Source of the DNA: Eledone cirrhosa
Taxonomy: Eukaryota
Reading direction: 5' to 3'
DNA: 64,000 nt
NCBI GenBank assembly: GCA_964016885.1
Contig: OZ024747.1
Span: 47,430,001-47,494,000, forward strand
A program made the position numbers and the translations under genes. The first letter of the stretch is position 1; each line of letters opens with the position of its first letter. Below the pieces are notes generated by a model, which worked only from the letters and a program-made list of their open reading frames with translations, did no database searches and had not been told where the DNA came from. Of the stretch, positions 13,553 to 26,400 are shown piece by piece.

Positions 13553-16277
13553 CAGACAAGAAAGAGCAGAGCCGTGGTGGAAGAAGCGACTGAGTGGGCA
13601 AATCGGGGAAATGAGAAATGACATAGGAAAGCTTGAGTCACTAATGAATGGGACACTAAAAAACATAGGCACTAAAAATAGACTGGAAATAAAATACAAA
13701 ACTAGGAGTAAAAAGCTAAATATTATCATAGAGGAATTGAAGCAACGCATTGTAGCAAAGAGTGCAAAAATCAGACGATACGAGAACAGAGTCAGTCAGT
13801 ATAAACAGAACCGCATGTTCGACAACAACCAGAAGATGCTGTTTGGACAGCTTGAGGGGAAAGAAAGAGGCAACGACTTGATCCCTGGGGCGGAACAAAC
13901 TAAAACATTCTGGAGAGGAATATGGGAGCAGGATGTTAGACACAATGCCCAGGCAGAGTGGATTGAGACAGTACAGAGGGAGATCGGTGAGCAGGCACAG
14001 CAACAAACTGATTTGAGTATCACAGTTGAAACTCTTAAGGGGCAGGCCAAAAAACTAACCAACTGGAAATCGCCAGGCCCAGATGGTGTGCAGGGGTATT
14101 GGATTAAACATTTAACATCCCTCCACCCGAAGCTGACGGCCATGTTCAATGACTGCTTGGTGTCGGGTGAGGTGCCAGAGTGGTTGACAAAAGGTACCAC
14201 AGTTCTGATAATGAAAGACCGAATCAAGGGTAATGATGTTACCAACTATAGACCTATCACATGTCTGTCCGTAATGTGGAAACTGTTGACGAGCATTGTG
14301 TCTGAGGAAATCTACCATCACCTCCACACAAACAACTTGTTACCGGACGAACAGAAAGGATGCCGAAAGAAGTCACGTGGTACAAAGGACCAGTTACTTA
14401 TTGATAAGATGGTAATGGGGAATTGCAGGAGGAGACACACTGATCTTGCCATGGGATGGATAGACTACAGAAAGGCATTTGACATGGTGCCTCATTCCTG
14501 GATCACCAAAAGCCTGGAGATCTTCAGGGTGGCAGATAACATCAGACAGTTGCTAGGCAGGAGTATGGGGTCCTGGGAGACAGAGTTGACATCAACTGGA
14601 GTATCCTTGGGAAGCGTGAAGATCAAGAGAGGTATCTTCCAGGGAGATAGCCTGTCCCCTCTGTTGTTTGTCCTTGCCCTGATGCCCTTGACCATTATGC
14701 TGCGAAAAGTGAGAGCAGGATACAAGTTGGGAAGGGGAGAGCTTACCATCAATCACCTCCTCTTCATGGACGATCTTAAGCTATTCGGGAAAAGTGAGAA
14801 GGAGTTGGATGTGCTTGTTGACACTGTCCGTATTTTCAGCAGTGATATATGTATGCAGTTTGGTATTGGTAAATGTGGAGTCATTGTGATGAAGAGGGGT
14901 AGGTTGAGCAGAAGTAACGGGATCCATATACCAACAGGTGAGATGATAAAGGAAATTGACTCTGAGGAAGGATACAAGTATTTGGGCGTTCTGGAGGCTG
15001 ATGACATAAAGAACAAAAAAATGAAGGAATTGTTAAGAACTGAATACATTCGGAGAGTAAGGAGCGTATTGAAGTCACATCTGAACAGCAGAAATGCCAT
15101 AAGCGCAGTAAATTCCCGAGCTGTGTCTATTATCAGGTACAGTGCGGGAATTCTGAGATGGAATGTTGCTGAACAAAAAGAAATGGATAGGAAGACTAGG
15201 AAGCTATTGACTATCTACAACATGTTCCACAAGAGGAGTGATGTCGATAGACTTTACCTAAGGAGATCTGAGGGTGGAAGAGGTCTTATCAGCATAGAGG
15301 ACTGTGTTCAGATGGAGAAAAACAACCTATACAAATACGTGACCTATAGTAAGGAGCCAATGCTCAGAACTGTACTGAAGGAGGGGACAGTAGGCCAGGG
15401 GATGTCCAAGGAGGAAATAACATCAAGGAGGAAGAGCAGCCTTAAGGGAAAATCCCTTCATAGTACCTTCTTTGAGAAAACTGAATTTAGAGATCCACAG
15501 ACATGGAACTGGTTGAGAAGAGGAGACCTCAAAAAGGCTACAGAAGGAATGCTAATGGCTGCGCAGGAGCAGGCCCTCAAAACGAAGTGGTTGAAGCACC
15601 ATATCTACAAGGAGGAGGCTAGCCCACTGTGCAGGATCTGTGGAGAGAGAGAGGAGACTGTGGCTCACATTGTGTCCGAGTGTAAACACCTAGCCCAGAC
15701 CCACTATAAGGGCTGGAGACACGATGTGATGGGCAGGGTGATCCACTGGCACCTGTGCAAAGTAAACAATTTACCACATTCTGAGAAATGGTATGAGCAT
15801 AGGCCGGAGGCGGTGATGGAGAACAATCAGGTGAAGGTGCTGTGGGATTTTAGGATACAGACGGACAAAAAACTGGAACACAATAGACCTGACCTGGTGG
15901 TTGTGGACAAAGAAAAAAGATCGTGTCTGATTGTGGATGTGGCCTGCCCGTTCGACACGAGAGTGCAAGAGAAGGAGAGGGAGAAAATTAACCGATACCA
16001 GGACCTAAAGTGGGAGGTGAAAAGGATTTGGAACTGCCATGAAGTCAAAGTGATCCCGATTGTCATAGGCGCACTGGGGACTATCTCCAAAAGTTTCCAG
16101 GGATGGTTAAAGAAAATCGGCCCCTTCACGCTTTTTGGAACGCTTCAAAAGGCATGCTTGCTTGGAACAGCAAGAACCCTCCGATACGTCCTGAATATCT
16201 GAGGCTGCAGGTAGTGGCTTGATATTCATTCCAACGGACTTTCCAGTTAACCAACATCAATGACTGAGATTCAAGGA
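13553..16277 (+). mobile_element. R4/Dong-type RLE LINE family A, 5'-truncated, in (TAA)n
   Basis: The open frame starts at the (TAA)n junction (PWWKKRL). A short 3' UTR ends GAGATTCAAGGAATAACAAC(AAT)n. Confidence 0.92.
13611..16202 (+). CDS. Reverse transcriptase, CCHC zinc motif and restriction-like endonuclease (R4/Dong clade), N-terminally truncated
   Basis: KSPGPDG, YRPITCL, DYRKAFD, GIFQGDSLSPLLF, FMDD, YKYLG, CRIC...HIVSEC, RHD, HNRPD..D..K. Confidence 0.92.
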   Translation: MRNDIGKLESLMNGTLKNIGTKNRLEIKYKTRSKKLNIIIEELKQRIVAKSAKIRRYENRVSQYKQNRMFDNNQKMLFGQLEGKERGNDLIPGAEQTKTFWRGIWEQDVRHNAQAEWIETVQREIGEQAQQQTDLSITVETLKGQAKKLTNWKSPGPDGVQGYWIKHLTSLHPKLTAMFNDCLVSGEVPEWLTKGTTVLIMKDRIKGNDVTNYRPITCLSVMWKLLTSIVSEEIYHHLHTNNLLPDEQKGCRKKSRGTKDQLLIDKMVMGNCRRRHTDLAMGWIDYRKAFDMVPHSWITKSLEIFRVADNIRQLLGRSMGSWETELTSTGVSLGSVKIKRGIFQGDSLSPLLFVLALMPLTIMLRKVRAGYKLGRGELTINHLLFMDDLKLFGKSEKELDVLVDTVRIFSSDICMQFGIGKCGVIVMKRGRLSRSNGIHIPTGEMIKEIDSEEGYKYLGVLEADDIKNKKMKELLRTEYIRRVRSVLKSHLNSRNAISAVNSRAVSIIRYSAGILRWNVAEQKEMDRKTRKLLTIYNMFHKRSDVDRLYLRRSEGGRGLISIEDCVQMEKNNLYKYVTYSKEPMLRTVLKEGTVGQGMSKEEITSRRKSSLKGKSLHSTFFEKTEFRDPQTWNWLRRGDLKKATEGMLMAAQEQALKTKWLKHHIYKEEASPLCRICGEREETVAHIVSECKHLAQTHYKGWRHDVMGRVIHWHLCKVNNLPHSEKWYEHRPEAVMENNQVKVLWDFRIQTDKKLEHNRPDLVVVDKEKRSCLIVDVACPFDTRVQEKEREKINRYQDLKWEVKRIWNCHEVKVIPIVIGALGTISKSFQGWLKKIGPFTLFGTLQKACLLGTARTLRYVLNI

Positions 16278-16285
16278 ATAACAAC

Positions 16286-16321
<36 letters not shown>

Positions 16322-16324
<3 letters not shown>

Positions 16325-18227
16325 GGAAGATTGTCATAATAGACACAAAAATCTATCGATTGCGTGGATAGATTATAAAAAAGCATTCGATAGTTTGCCA
16401 CACAGTTGGATTGAAAAATGTTTAGAGATTTTCAAAATATCCCCCGTTGTCAGGAGGTTTTTGTCATTCAGTATGAGGACATGGAGAACGACACTCCTTT
16501 TGAATAGTAAAACAAAATCACTGGAAGCTGGAGAAGTTAACATTAATTGTGGAATTTTTCAGGGTGACTCTTTATCACCGCTTTTATTCTGCATCGCACT
16601 TATACCATTAAGTAAAATGCTCAATGAAACAAAACATGGATATAGAGTCTATGACAAAACCATTAATCACCTGTTCTACATGGATGACCTGAAACTATTT
16701 GCAAAAAATGATGAACAATTGCAAGGGCTATTATCCACTGTGAAGCAGTTCAGTGATGACATTAAAATGGAGTTTGGACTGGATAAATGCGCCAAAGCAA
16801 CGTTCACCAGAGGAAAGCTGCTGAAGAGTTCAGACATTAATCTTGATCGGGGGAACGTGATAAGAGAACTTGATCAAGAAAAAACTTACAAATATCTAGG
16901 TGTTTGTGAAGGAGACGGAATCAAGCACTCGACAATGAGGGAAAGGATAAGGAAGGAATGTTACCGCAGAGTCAGAGCAATCTTAAGAACGGAATTGAAT
17001 GCAAGGAATAGGATCGATGCCATAAACACGCTTGCCATACCAGTAGTAACCTACAGTTACAATGTCATCAACTGGTCAAGCACAGAGATCCGTAGGCTCG
17101 ATACAAAAATCCGAAAATTCTTAACCATGCACAGAATGCATCACCCTAAGGCAGACATAGATAGAATATATCTCCCTAGGAAAGAAGGAGGACGTGGGTT
17201 AATCCAGTTAGACATTGCGTTGAAAACTGCAACAATTGGATTATCCACATATCTAAGGGAATCACATGATTGGATGATCAAACTCGTTTTGAAACACGAA
17301 AGCACCAAAAGATCATATTCCATTACAAAAGATGCACAAAGATACAGTAATGGACTACAAATTTCAGAAGTCCCATTTACTGCTGAAATGGAAAACACAG
17401 AAAAAGCTAAGCAGGTAAAAGTAACTGCAAAGAAAGAACTGCTACAGAAACTGGCTAAGAAATGGCAAGAAAAGCCTCTGTATGGAAAATACCCAGAGCG
17501 AGCTAACAATCCTGATGTTGACAAAACTTTAACCCATCAGTGGTTGGCATCCTCTGGACTGAAATCGGAGACTGAAGGACTGATTATATCAGCACAAGAT
17601 CAGTGTCTGCCAACAAAAAATTACCAAGCCAACATAATAAAAAATGGGTGCAGCCCATTATGCCGTGTATGCAAAAAACAACCAGAGACCATTGACCATA
17701 TAATTTCAATGTGCAGTCCTATAGCTCCAACCGAATACCTAAACAGGCATGACAGAGCTGCACAATACATACATTGGATAATCTGTAAGCATTTTGACCT
17801 GCCCCATCAAAAGAATTGGTGGGAGCATCAACCACCTCCCATACTTGAAAAAGATCACATCTCAATCTTGTGGAACTTTACCATCCAAACAGACCGAAAA
17901 ATAGATGCAAATAGACCTGATATAATATTGAAGGACTTTCAAAGGAGGGTATGCCTGCTAATTGATATGTCTGTTCCAATAGACAAGAATGTATCTATAA
18001 AAACATTTGAAAAATTGAGCAAGTATAAGGACCTGGAGATAGAAATTGGAAAAATGTGGAAATTGAGAACTAAAACAATACCAGTGGTTGTAGGCGCTCT
18101 GGGAATGATACCTAAGGGGTCTAACGACTACTTATCGCAAATCCCAGGAAACCCGCGTATAGGAGAAATACAAAAGATAGTACTAATGGGAACTGCCCAT
18201 ATACTAAGGAAGATCCTGTCAATATAA
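16322..18227 (+). CDS. Partial RT, CCHC and RLE (R4/Dong family B)
   Basis: DYKKAFD, GIFQGDSLSPLLF, YMDD, YKYLG, CRVC...HIISMC, RHD, ANRPD. The real start is lost to truncation. Confidence 0.88.
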
Positions 18228-18367
18228 GTACATCACAAGTCTAAACACTAAGGATGCATGTGTGAATATGTATGTTCTTTCTTGAACATGGCGGACCTTG
18301 TTGTCTCTTGAGGTCACTGGTTGTGACTTGGTGATAACTCGTATAAACATAAAGCAAGATAAATGCA

Positions 18368-18368
<1 letters not shown>
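16322..18368 (+). mobile_element. R4/Dong-type RLE LINE family B, 5'-truncated, in (TAA)n
   Basis: A sequence distinct from family A, with (TAA)n on both sides. Confidence 0.9.
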
Positions 18369-18412
<44 letters not shown>

Positions 18413-18414
<2 letters not shown>

Positions 18415-18738
18415 GACACGAGAGTGCAAGAGAAGGAGAGGGAGAAAATTAACCGATACCAGGACCTAAAGTGGGAGGTGAAAAGGATTTGGAACTGCCA
18501 TGAAGTCAAAGTGATCCCGATTGTCATAGGCGCACTGGGGACTATCTCCAAAAGTTTCCAGGGATGGTTAAAGAAAATCGGCCCCTTCACGCTTTTTGGA
18601 ACGCTTCAAAAGGCATGCTTGCTTGGAACAGCAAGAACCCTCCGATACGTCCTGAATATCTGAGGCTGCAGGTAGTGGCTTGATATTCAATCCAACGGAC
18701 TTTCCATTTAACCAACATCAATGACTGAGATTCAAGGA
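18413..18738 (+). mobile_element. R4/Dong family A, short 3' fragment
   Basis: Near-identical to 15953-16277; flanked by (TAA)n. Confidence 0.9.
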
Positions 18739-18874
18739 ATAACAACAATAATAATAATAACGACAACAACAATAATAATATACATACATAAATACATACA
18801 TACATACATACATACATACATACATACATACATACATACATACATACATACATACATACATACATACATACATT

Positions 18875-21010
18875 GCGATGTCGCGGGTGCGACAACTTAG
18901 GGGGAATATGACTACACTCTGGCTGGACTACAGGAAAGCTTTCGATTTTCCCCACTCTTGGATGATAGAGGCCCTCCAACTTGCTAAAGTCCCAGACATT
19001 ATTATCAGAGCCATAGAGAAGCTGTCTTCTTTTGGGGCTACTATCCTAAAGTTAAAGACAGAAAAGGGGACTCTATTTTCACTGATAAAATATAATATCG
19101 CAGGGGTATATTTCAGGAAGACTCACTGTGATATTATTCATCCTGTCATTAAACCTCTTGTCCTTTCTGCTCAAGAAATGTGAAGGATACATCATTGGCT
19201 CACAGGAGGACAGAAATACGAACCTAACCCATAAATTCTTTGTGGATGATCTGAAACTCTATGCCAAGAACATGGATGGGATGAAGAAAAATCTTGACCT
19301 GGTTACAACGTTCTCAAAGGATATAGGAATGGAGTTTGGTCAAGATAAATACTCATATAAGACTGTAAAGCGGGGAAAAACAACAACCCAATCTAGCAAC
19401 ATTGTCATCAATGGCCTAACTGTTTCACCGATATCTGATGAGGACTGCTACAGATAGCTGGGGATAGATGAGAACATATCCAATAATGATATCTGTAATA
19501 AGGAACGCGTAACCAGGGAATACTACACCCGATTAAGAAAGATATGGTCATCGGAACTCTCTGCGCAAAACAAAACAGTGTCTCACAATGTGTTTTCTGT
19601 GCCTGCCCTAACACCAACGTTTGGAATACTCAATTGGACGATAGACGAAATCCGAGCAGTTAATGTTAGAACTCGGAAAATACTAAACAACACCGGAAAC
19701 TTCCTCATCAACAGTGACATAGACCGCCTTTACTTGAAACGTAAGCAGGGAGGCAGAGGCCTAATATCAGTCCAGACAATATTTGAATGTCGCATCATAT
19801 CCCTCCGACAACATCTACGAACCTCGAAGCGTAGGAGGCCGTCTCCCGAGCAAGTCTATCTGCATGAAACAGATAAGATCATGAGAGTTGGGAAGGAACT
19901 CCTCGAGAGATATTCCCTGTGTGATAATCAAAAACTCACACACAGGGAAGTCGCTCAGCAGTATCGCAGTGAATCCATGGATGAAAAACTGCATGCTTAT
20001 CAGCAAAAGATCATGCATGGATATGTTGCCAGGAAGCTCCAGGGTGAGAGTAATATAGATAAGGAAAGTAGTCTATTTAGGACTAACAATCGCTATATTG
20101 GCTTCCACTTTCAAGGATACGCTTTTACAATCCAAGAACAGGAAATTAACACGAAATACCTGTTTCACAAAAGAGATAGGGATGCAGGCAAAACACCTAG
20201 ATGTGACAACAAATGCAGACTCTTCAGAATTAACATCGAAGATGTCACCCATGTCATCAGCAGCTGTCCAAAGATGTCATCGCGGTACTATCTACCTATG
20301 AGGCATGATGTAGTGGCCAACACACTGTACAATGCAATCTGTAGAAAAGATAGCCCCGATAATAAACACATTAAAAGCTATAGCAATGTGGAAGACATCC
20401 ATATACATAATATGAAAGAGTACTGGTGGAATGTTCCAGTAAAAACCCCAATAAAATGCAGGCATAACAGACCAGATATTTGATATGGGACAGCGAAAAG
20501 AAGGCATGCACAGTAGTGGAAGTTAGCTGCCCAGCAGATGCCAATATAAAATCAAAGATTAGCGAAAATGAGAATATTTATGCAGAACTGATGAAAAATC
20601 TGCAGATACTCCACCCTGATTACACCTTCAGATTTATGCCTGTGATTATTGGGGCACTGGGATATGTTAGTAACTGCCTCAATACAAATCTTGAGAAGCT
20701 GGGCTTCACAGAAGCAGAAAGAACACGACTAGTTAGGAAATTACAAGTACAATCCATTAATGGAACAGTAAAAATATGTAAAACATTCCAAAAATTCTGC
20801 ATCTAATAACTGCATATACTCATGTACAGATACAAAACATACACATCCACGCATACAATAACATACATATCTACACATGCATGCATGCAGACATGCAGAC
20901 ATATCTACCTAGTGGATGTTGTGTAAATTCCAATGAGAGAGTCTTGTGTTTATGTTAGAAACCGACTCTCTCTATTGGTAAAACTTTGTGAAATTATAAA
21001 ACCAGAAGAA
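18875..21010 (+). pseudogene. R4/Dong-type RLE LINE family C, decayed (frameshifts and stops), flanked by (TACA)n
   Basis: Fragments WLDYRKAFD, FVDDLKLY, GGRGLISV, HVISSC..RHD, HNRPDI, VVEVSCP across ORFs 18878-20806. Confidence 0.85.
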
Positions 21011-21197
21011 CGCACACACATACATACATGCATAGAAACAAAAATACACTCATACATACACACACACAAGCATACAAACATATATATATACATTCACATA
21101 CATACATACATGCATGCAAACATACATACATACATACATACATACATACATACATACATACATACATACATACATACATACATACATACATACATAC

Positions 21198-21820
21198 AAT
21201 GTAAGCCACATTGTTGCCAGCTGCGAAAGAATGTCATCTCGCTACTACCTCCCCATGAGACACGATGGGATAGCTAGAACCATCTGGAACGCACTTCGGA
21301 AAACAAAATTAACAACAAACGAGGAAGAATATATTGAGACAGATGGCACTAAGGAATACTGGTGGAACCGGAAAATAAAAACTGTCACCAAATTAAAGCA
21401 CAACCGGCCTGATATTGTTGTTTGCGACCACACATTGAAAACGTGTTCTGTTGTGGAGATCAGCTGCCCACTTGATGTAAACGTTGTCAGAAAAATACAG
21501 GAGGAGGACATCTACGGACCATTGATGAGGAGTTTACAAATCCAGTATCCAAGATACACCTTTAGCTTCATACCCATCATTATTGGAGCTACGGCTTATA
21601 TACCAACCCGCTTGGACCAAAGTATGACTGAACTTGGATTTGCAGACAAAAAGCGCAGCTCCCTAATTCATAGTCTACAAATGGCTGCGATAGCTGGCAC
21701 CTTCAAAATTTTCAAAACATTCTTGCGATTCAAGGGATAACAATTTCTTTTCTTTCACAACCTTGCCACCAGGAAGGTGGCCGGTCAAAAAAAAAATATA
21801 CTCGAAATTAAGAGAAAGCG
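21198..21820 (+). mobile_element. R4/Dong-type family D, 3' fragment in (TACA)n
   Basis: SHIVASC..RHD, HNRPDIV, VVEISCP, PIIIGA. The same family occurs at 46785-47610. Confidence 0.85.
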
Positions 21821-21865
21821 ATACATACATACATACATACATACATACATACATACATACATACA

Positions 21866-21932
<67 letters not shown>

Positions 21933-22596
21933 ATTTTTTTTTTTCCAAATTCAATAAAACCAATAATTAGTTTGCTTTTCATCCCTACGGGGTCGATAAA
22001 ATAAAGTACCAGTAATGCACTGGATAATTGCTGGCCTTGTGCCAAAAGTAGAAACTTTTGACACAAAAAACATCTACGATTGTTTCAAGGCGACTAGAAT
22101 ATTTTATCACTTGTGGAGAAAAAACAGATACTATCAGTTAAGTAACTCTATTGTAGGTGCTTTACTGAAAGCCTTGTCTCGTCAGGAAATATAATATAAA
22201 ATAACAATAAATTGTTTAAAATCATAAGACAAATTATCAAGAATTATACAAGATTCAGAGTACAAAAGCAAAGGCATAAACTTGTGGATATAGTTTTTAG
22301 ACAAGCCAAAATAGAGTTGTGGGCGTTTTTCACAAATATGTTAAAATACATTAAAGCTGTTAATTGGTTATAGCAGTTGTTAGAAAGGATGTTTTTAGGA
22401 GATAAAATTGCAGCGCTTATTATTTTTCTAAATCTTTTACTACAGCAGAAAGATTTGAAAAATATGAAGATATTTCGAAGATATTTCGTTAGTTATAAAC
22501 TCATACAAAATGTGAAATAATATTGTATTAATGCAATAATTTTTTTTTCAAGATACGTATATCTCTGAAAGCTGCTTATTATTTTCCTAATCAGGA

Positions 22597-22830
22597 GGGC
22601 GGTGGATTGGCAGTATCGGTAGAGCGTCGGACACCATGCTTTGCAGCATAGAGTTACGCCTCTTTATGATCTGTGTTCAAATCCCGTTGAGGTTATCTTT
22701 GCCTTTTATCCTTACGGGGGTCCATAAAATAAAGCACCATAATGCACTGAGGTTGCATTATGTTGCAGATTTAATCGACTTTCCCTCCCCCAAAATTGCT
22801 GACCTTGTGCCTATAGTAGAAATCCTTATT
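22597..22830 (+). mobile_element. tRNA-derived SINE (abundant family in this window)
   Basis: A-box TGGCAGTATCGG, B-box GTTCAAATCC, body CTTTGCCTTT(C)ATCCTTACGGGGTCGATAAAATAAAGTACC. A fragment lies at ~21965-22055. Confidence 0.75.
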
Positions 22831-23138
22831 TTCCTAATCAGGTTTTAATTAAAACATTACATAATACGTTCGAGTCATTTCAAATAAATAACTTTGCCTC
22901 TACACATTTCACAGTTAGTTGTCTGTTCATCAGTACTCAGTAACCTTATCCTTCTCAACACAAAAATACACAAGTAATCTTACCTTTCTGAAACAAAGAG
23001 AGATATAGTCAACCACCAGTTACGCCAACCAGGTTTTACTGTGTACAAAGAGAATGACAGAATGTTCTTCACATTTATTTCAATTTATCAAAATAAGGCA
23101 TATAAACCGTAATTATATGTGCAGCAAAAATTATCTTA

Positions 23139-23171
<33 letters not shown>

Positions 23172-23176
<5 letters not shown>

Positions 23177-23401
23177 GTGGTTACACAACAGTTAGTTCAC
23201 CATACCGAGAACAATTGTTTCACCTTAGCGGATCCTCAGCTCGTAATGGACATGGTTATACCATTACGAGCTGAGGATCCGCTAAGGTAAAACAATTGTT
23301 CTCGGTATGGTGAACTAACTGTTGTGTAACCACTTCTACCCAACTCGTCCCATGAACTGAGTCTCTACCACTACGGATATTACCTTCCAGTGTTCTACCA
23401 C
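23172..23401. mobile_element. Fold-back element family P3 (78-bp arms 23172-23249 and 23261-23338 plus tail) in (TA)n
   Basis: The arms differ at one base; each has a hammerhead motif. Confidence 0.8.
23206..23243 (-). ncRNA. Minimal type I hammerhead ribozyme motif (P3); the + copy at 23267-23304 has GAAA>AAAA
   Basis: cgag CTGAGGA t cc-gctaa-gg t GAAA caattg TT ctcg; palindromic loop III. Confidence 0.68.
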
Positions 23402-23679
23402 TATATATATATATATATATGCGAATAGTATATATTAGTTTTCCGATTAATATAGTAGGAAAAGAGTCTTAACGTATCAGACGTTAGTCGTTCGTCTAAC
23501 ATATAATGAGAGGTAGAAGAATAAATGGGAAAATAGACGAGAATATAAAGTGAAAGAAACATTTAGTTAATAATTTTGAGGTGCCAAGTCTTACTTCCTG
23601 TATTGTTTACAAGCAATTAATAACAAAGAAAAATTTACTCTACATTTATATATTTGTAAATATACAAATATATAAATGT

Positions 23680-23723
<44 letters not shown>

Positions 23724-24882
23724 GGGGGGGGGTGAAAGAGAGGAGAGGGTTGTGGGAATCTGTCTATATATTTATTTTAATACGAAAGTTAAATTTTCTT
23801 CTCGTAACCGTTTTTTTATAATACATCTTTTTCAATGAACTTTCGTAGACATATGAGGCTGCTTGTTAATATCGTATGATTCATTTGTTGTGAATTGTTT
23901 CTTTCCTAAGTCACAGTTTTGTTTCTTTCCTAGGACACAAATTGCGCTTATATATACGAGATGGTTTTTTTATGAATGAATACAGTTTAATACAGTTCTG
24001 AGTTCAAATTCTGTTGACGTCAAGTTAGTCTTTTATCCTACCGAGATTGATAAAATGAAATTCTTGTCAAATACTGAAATCGAAATAATCGAATATACTT
24101 CTCAAAATTTGCGCACTTAAATCTATGTCAGAAATCAATATTATTTTATAAATATTTTCATCATAATCATCATTAATAATGCACACTGTCCGCTTCTTAT
24201 GCGATAGTTTTATAAACCAAAGAACTATGAAACATTATTGTATTGAATAGTTATAAAAATGAAGAATATTGTGTCCTGAATAAAGCATAACTTTGTTCAT
24301 CTATAAAAACTAATAACCAAGATAAGGAAAAACACAATAAAAAACAATAAATTTATAACGAAAGAAAAGCTATAAATTTTCTCAACCAAACTTGATTGAA
24401 GACAAAATCGTTAACTGACACATTGTTTTTGCCAAAATCAGAAAGTGATTTTTGGGGGAAGGAAGTTAATAATCCTAACAAGAAACAAACACTGATAAAC
24501 AACAGTTTACACTTTTTCTTCTTTTACTACTTACAGTATTAATTTTCTTTTCCCGCCAAGAATCAAGCGGTGTTAATTTGACAATATCTTAAACTTTCAC
24601 TTTGTTCTTTTTGTCATAAAAATGTATCTAAATACTATCAATGTCTTTATCGTTGCACTTTAAAAAGTGTAAATTGTTACACCTATTACAAGAAGGAGGC
24701 GTCAATAAGCGAGTATGATGAACGGACTGGGCTGCTTTCTTATGAGTTCATTCCTTGTGTGTGGTATTCTAGTCTACAGCGCTCCACTGTATTGTACAAC
24801 ACATAAACGTCACTGTCCTTGCCGAATTATTGATGAGCAAATGTACAAGAATTTACATGAGAATCTAATGTATTGTTTAAAA

Positions 24883-25061
24883 CAGGCATGTCAAACTAAG
24901 GGTCCCCGAGGGTCACATGGGTCACATATGTGTTGTCTGAGGGCCACACAGGACAACTAATTGCGCACATTACAACTCATTTTACGCTGTAAAAACTTTT
25001 GTGCGGGCCGCAGTTGTGCTTGTAAAGTGCCGCATGCGGCCCGTGGGTCACATGTTTGACA
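24883..25061. mobile_element. hAT-type MITE
   Basis: CAGGCATGTCAAAC ... GTTTGACAT termini with subterminal GCGGCCCG/GCGGGCCG motifs. Confidence 0.55.
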
Positions 25062-25327
25062 TTTAAAGAATAAATAACTCCGAGAAAAATAGTATAGTTA
25101 AGTTATTGTTAACATTTTCAAAACAGGGGACTTTAAAAGGTTAAGTAAACATTAATATATGGCAAGGAAATAAACATGGGTAGAGTTAACCGTATGTTGC
25201 TATAGGAATCACTATGTAAATAAACAAGAATGCACACTGATTGGACTTGAATAGAGATCCCTAAACATTTTAGATCATCGACACCCTCCATGGAATTCTT
25301 GACCTTCCATCGACTCCAGGCTGTACA

Positions 25328-25370
<43 letters not shown>

Positions 25371-25956
25371 ATCAGCAGAATATAAAAGAAATAGACAATA
25401 AGTACTAATTATGTATAAATCTTCATCTTCTTGAGTCATCCCTCCATCGAATGTGAATTATTCATAAATCTGAAATCTGAAACCTGTATAAACAAGTTGT
25501 AATTTACCGTATTATTTTATGTATTTTATTTTATATACAAATGTTAGGTTTTTGGCTCAAATGTTCAATAGCCCCTCTGAGTACTCCCATTGATCCGTAG
25601 GATCGATATTGGCCACTTTTTGTGTCCCTAGCGGAGAGAAATCGAATTGTTTCGACATTTTTCCGATTCTGTCATCTATAGGCCTTTCATTCATTACAAT
25701 AATGTTTTATTTTAAAATTATATGAAAGGCGATGGAATAGTAAAAAAAGGTAAAATGCCGGCTTATATGTCCCCAGGATTTAGTTTGATATCAATATAAT
25801 CTTCATTTAAACCTCCTCGTTCATGACTTGGCCTTTCATCATTCCGAATGTAAGATGTCGACAAAATAAGGATTGGGTTCATACAATCGATTATTCCACT
25901 TGCTTTCAAATCTGTGGCCTGTCAACGGATCAAATCAACATCATTATCAACGTGAA

Positions 25957-26400
25957 GGGCAGTGGCTTGGCAAAATCATTAGAGCGTCGAACAAAATGCT
26001 TGGGGGTATTTAGTTACGGCCCTTTACATTCCGACTTCGAATCTCGTCGAGATCAACTTTGCTTTTCAACCATTCGGGGTCTATAAATTATATTACTAGT
26101 CACTTATGTAACCAACTTTTCTCCTCTCCACAAATTGTTGGCCTTATGCCAAAATTGGAAATGATTATTAACACTGTCACACGGCGGCGGGTTTCGCAAA
26201 ATCGTTAGAGCGTCAGAAAAAAATATGCGATATTTGTTCCAACTCTTTGCGTTCTGAGTTCAAATCCCTCCGTGATCAACTTTGCCTTTCATTCGACTAG
26301 GATCGATAAAATAAAGTACCATTCTAGTACTAGAGTCGATTTAATAAACTTTCCTTTCTCCCAAACTTGCTGACATTGTGCCTTAATTAGAATCCATAAT
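25957..26400 (+). mobile_element. Two tandem diverged tRNA-derived SINEs (~25957-26170, ~26203-26400)
   Basis: A/B-box heads and the CTTTGCCTTTCAT...GATAAAATAAAGTACC body. Confidence 0.65.

Noticed and set aside
16260-16321. N-terminal MTEIQG-poly-Ile extension of the Dong B ORF
   Set aside because: Chance read-through of the family A 3' UTR and the (ATA)n target into a truncated element.
22597-22690. tRNA gene candidates at SINE heads
   Set aside because: A/B boxes are present, but they run into a conserved SINE body, copies are diverged and there is no clean cloverleaf.
24715-24960. 81-aa Cys-rich ORF resembling a secreted peptide
   Set aside because: Its 3' third runs into a hAT MITE; there is no recognisable family or splice support.
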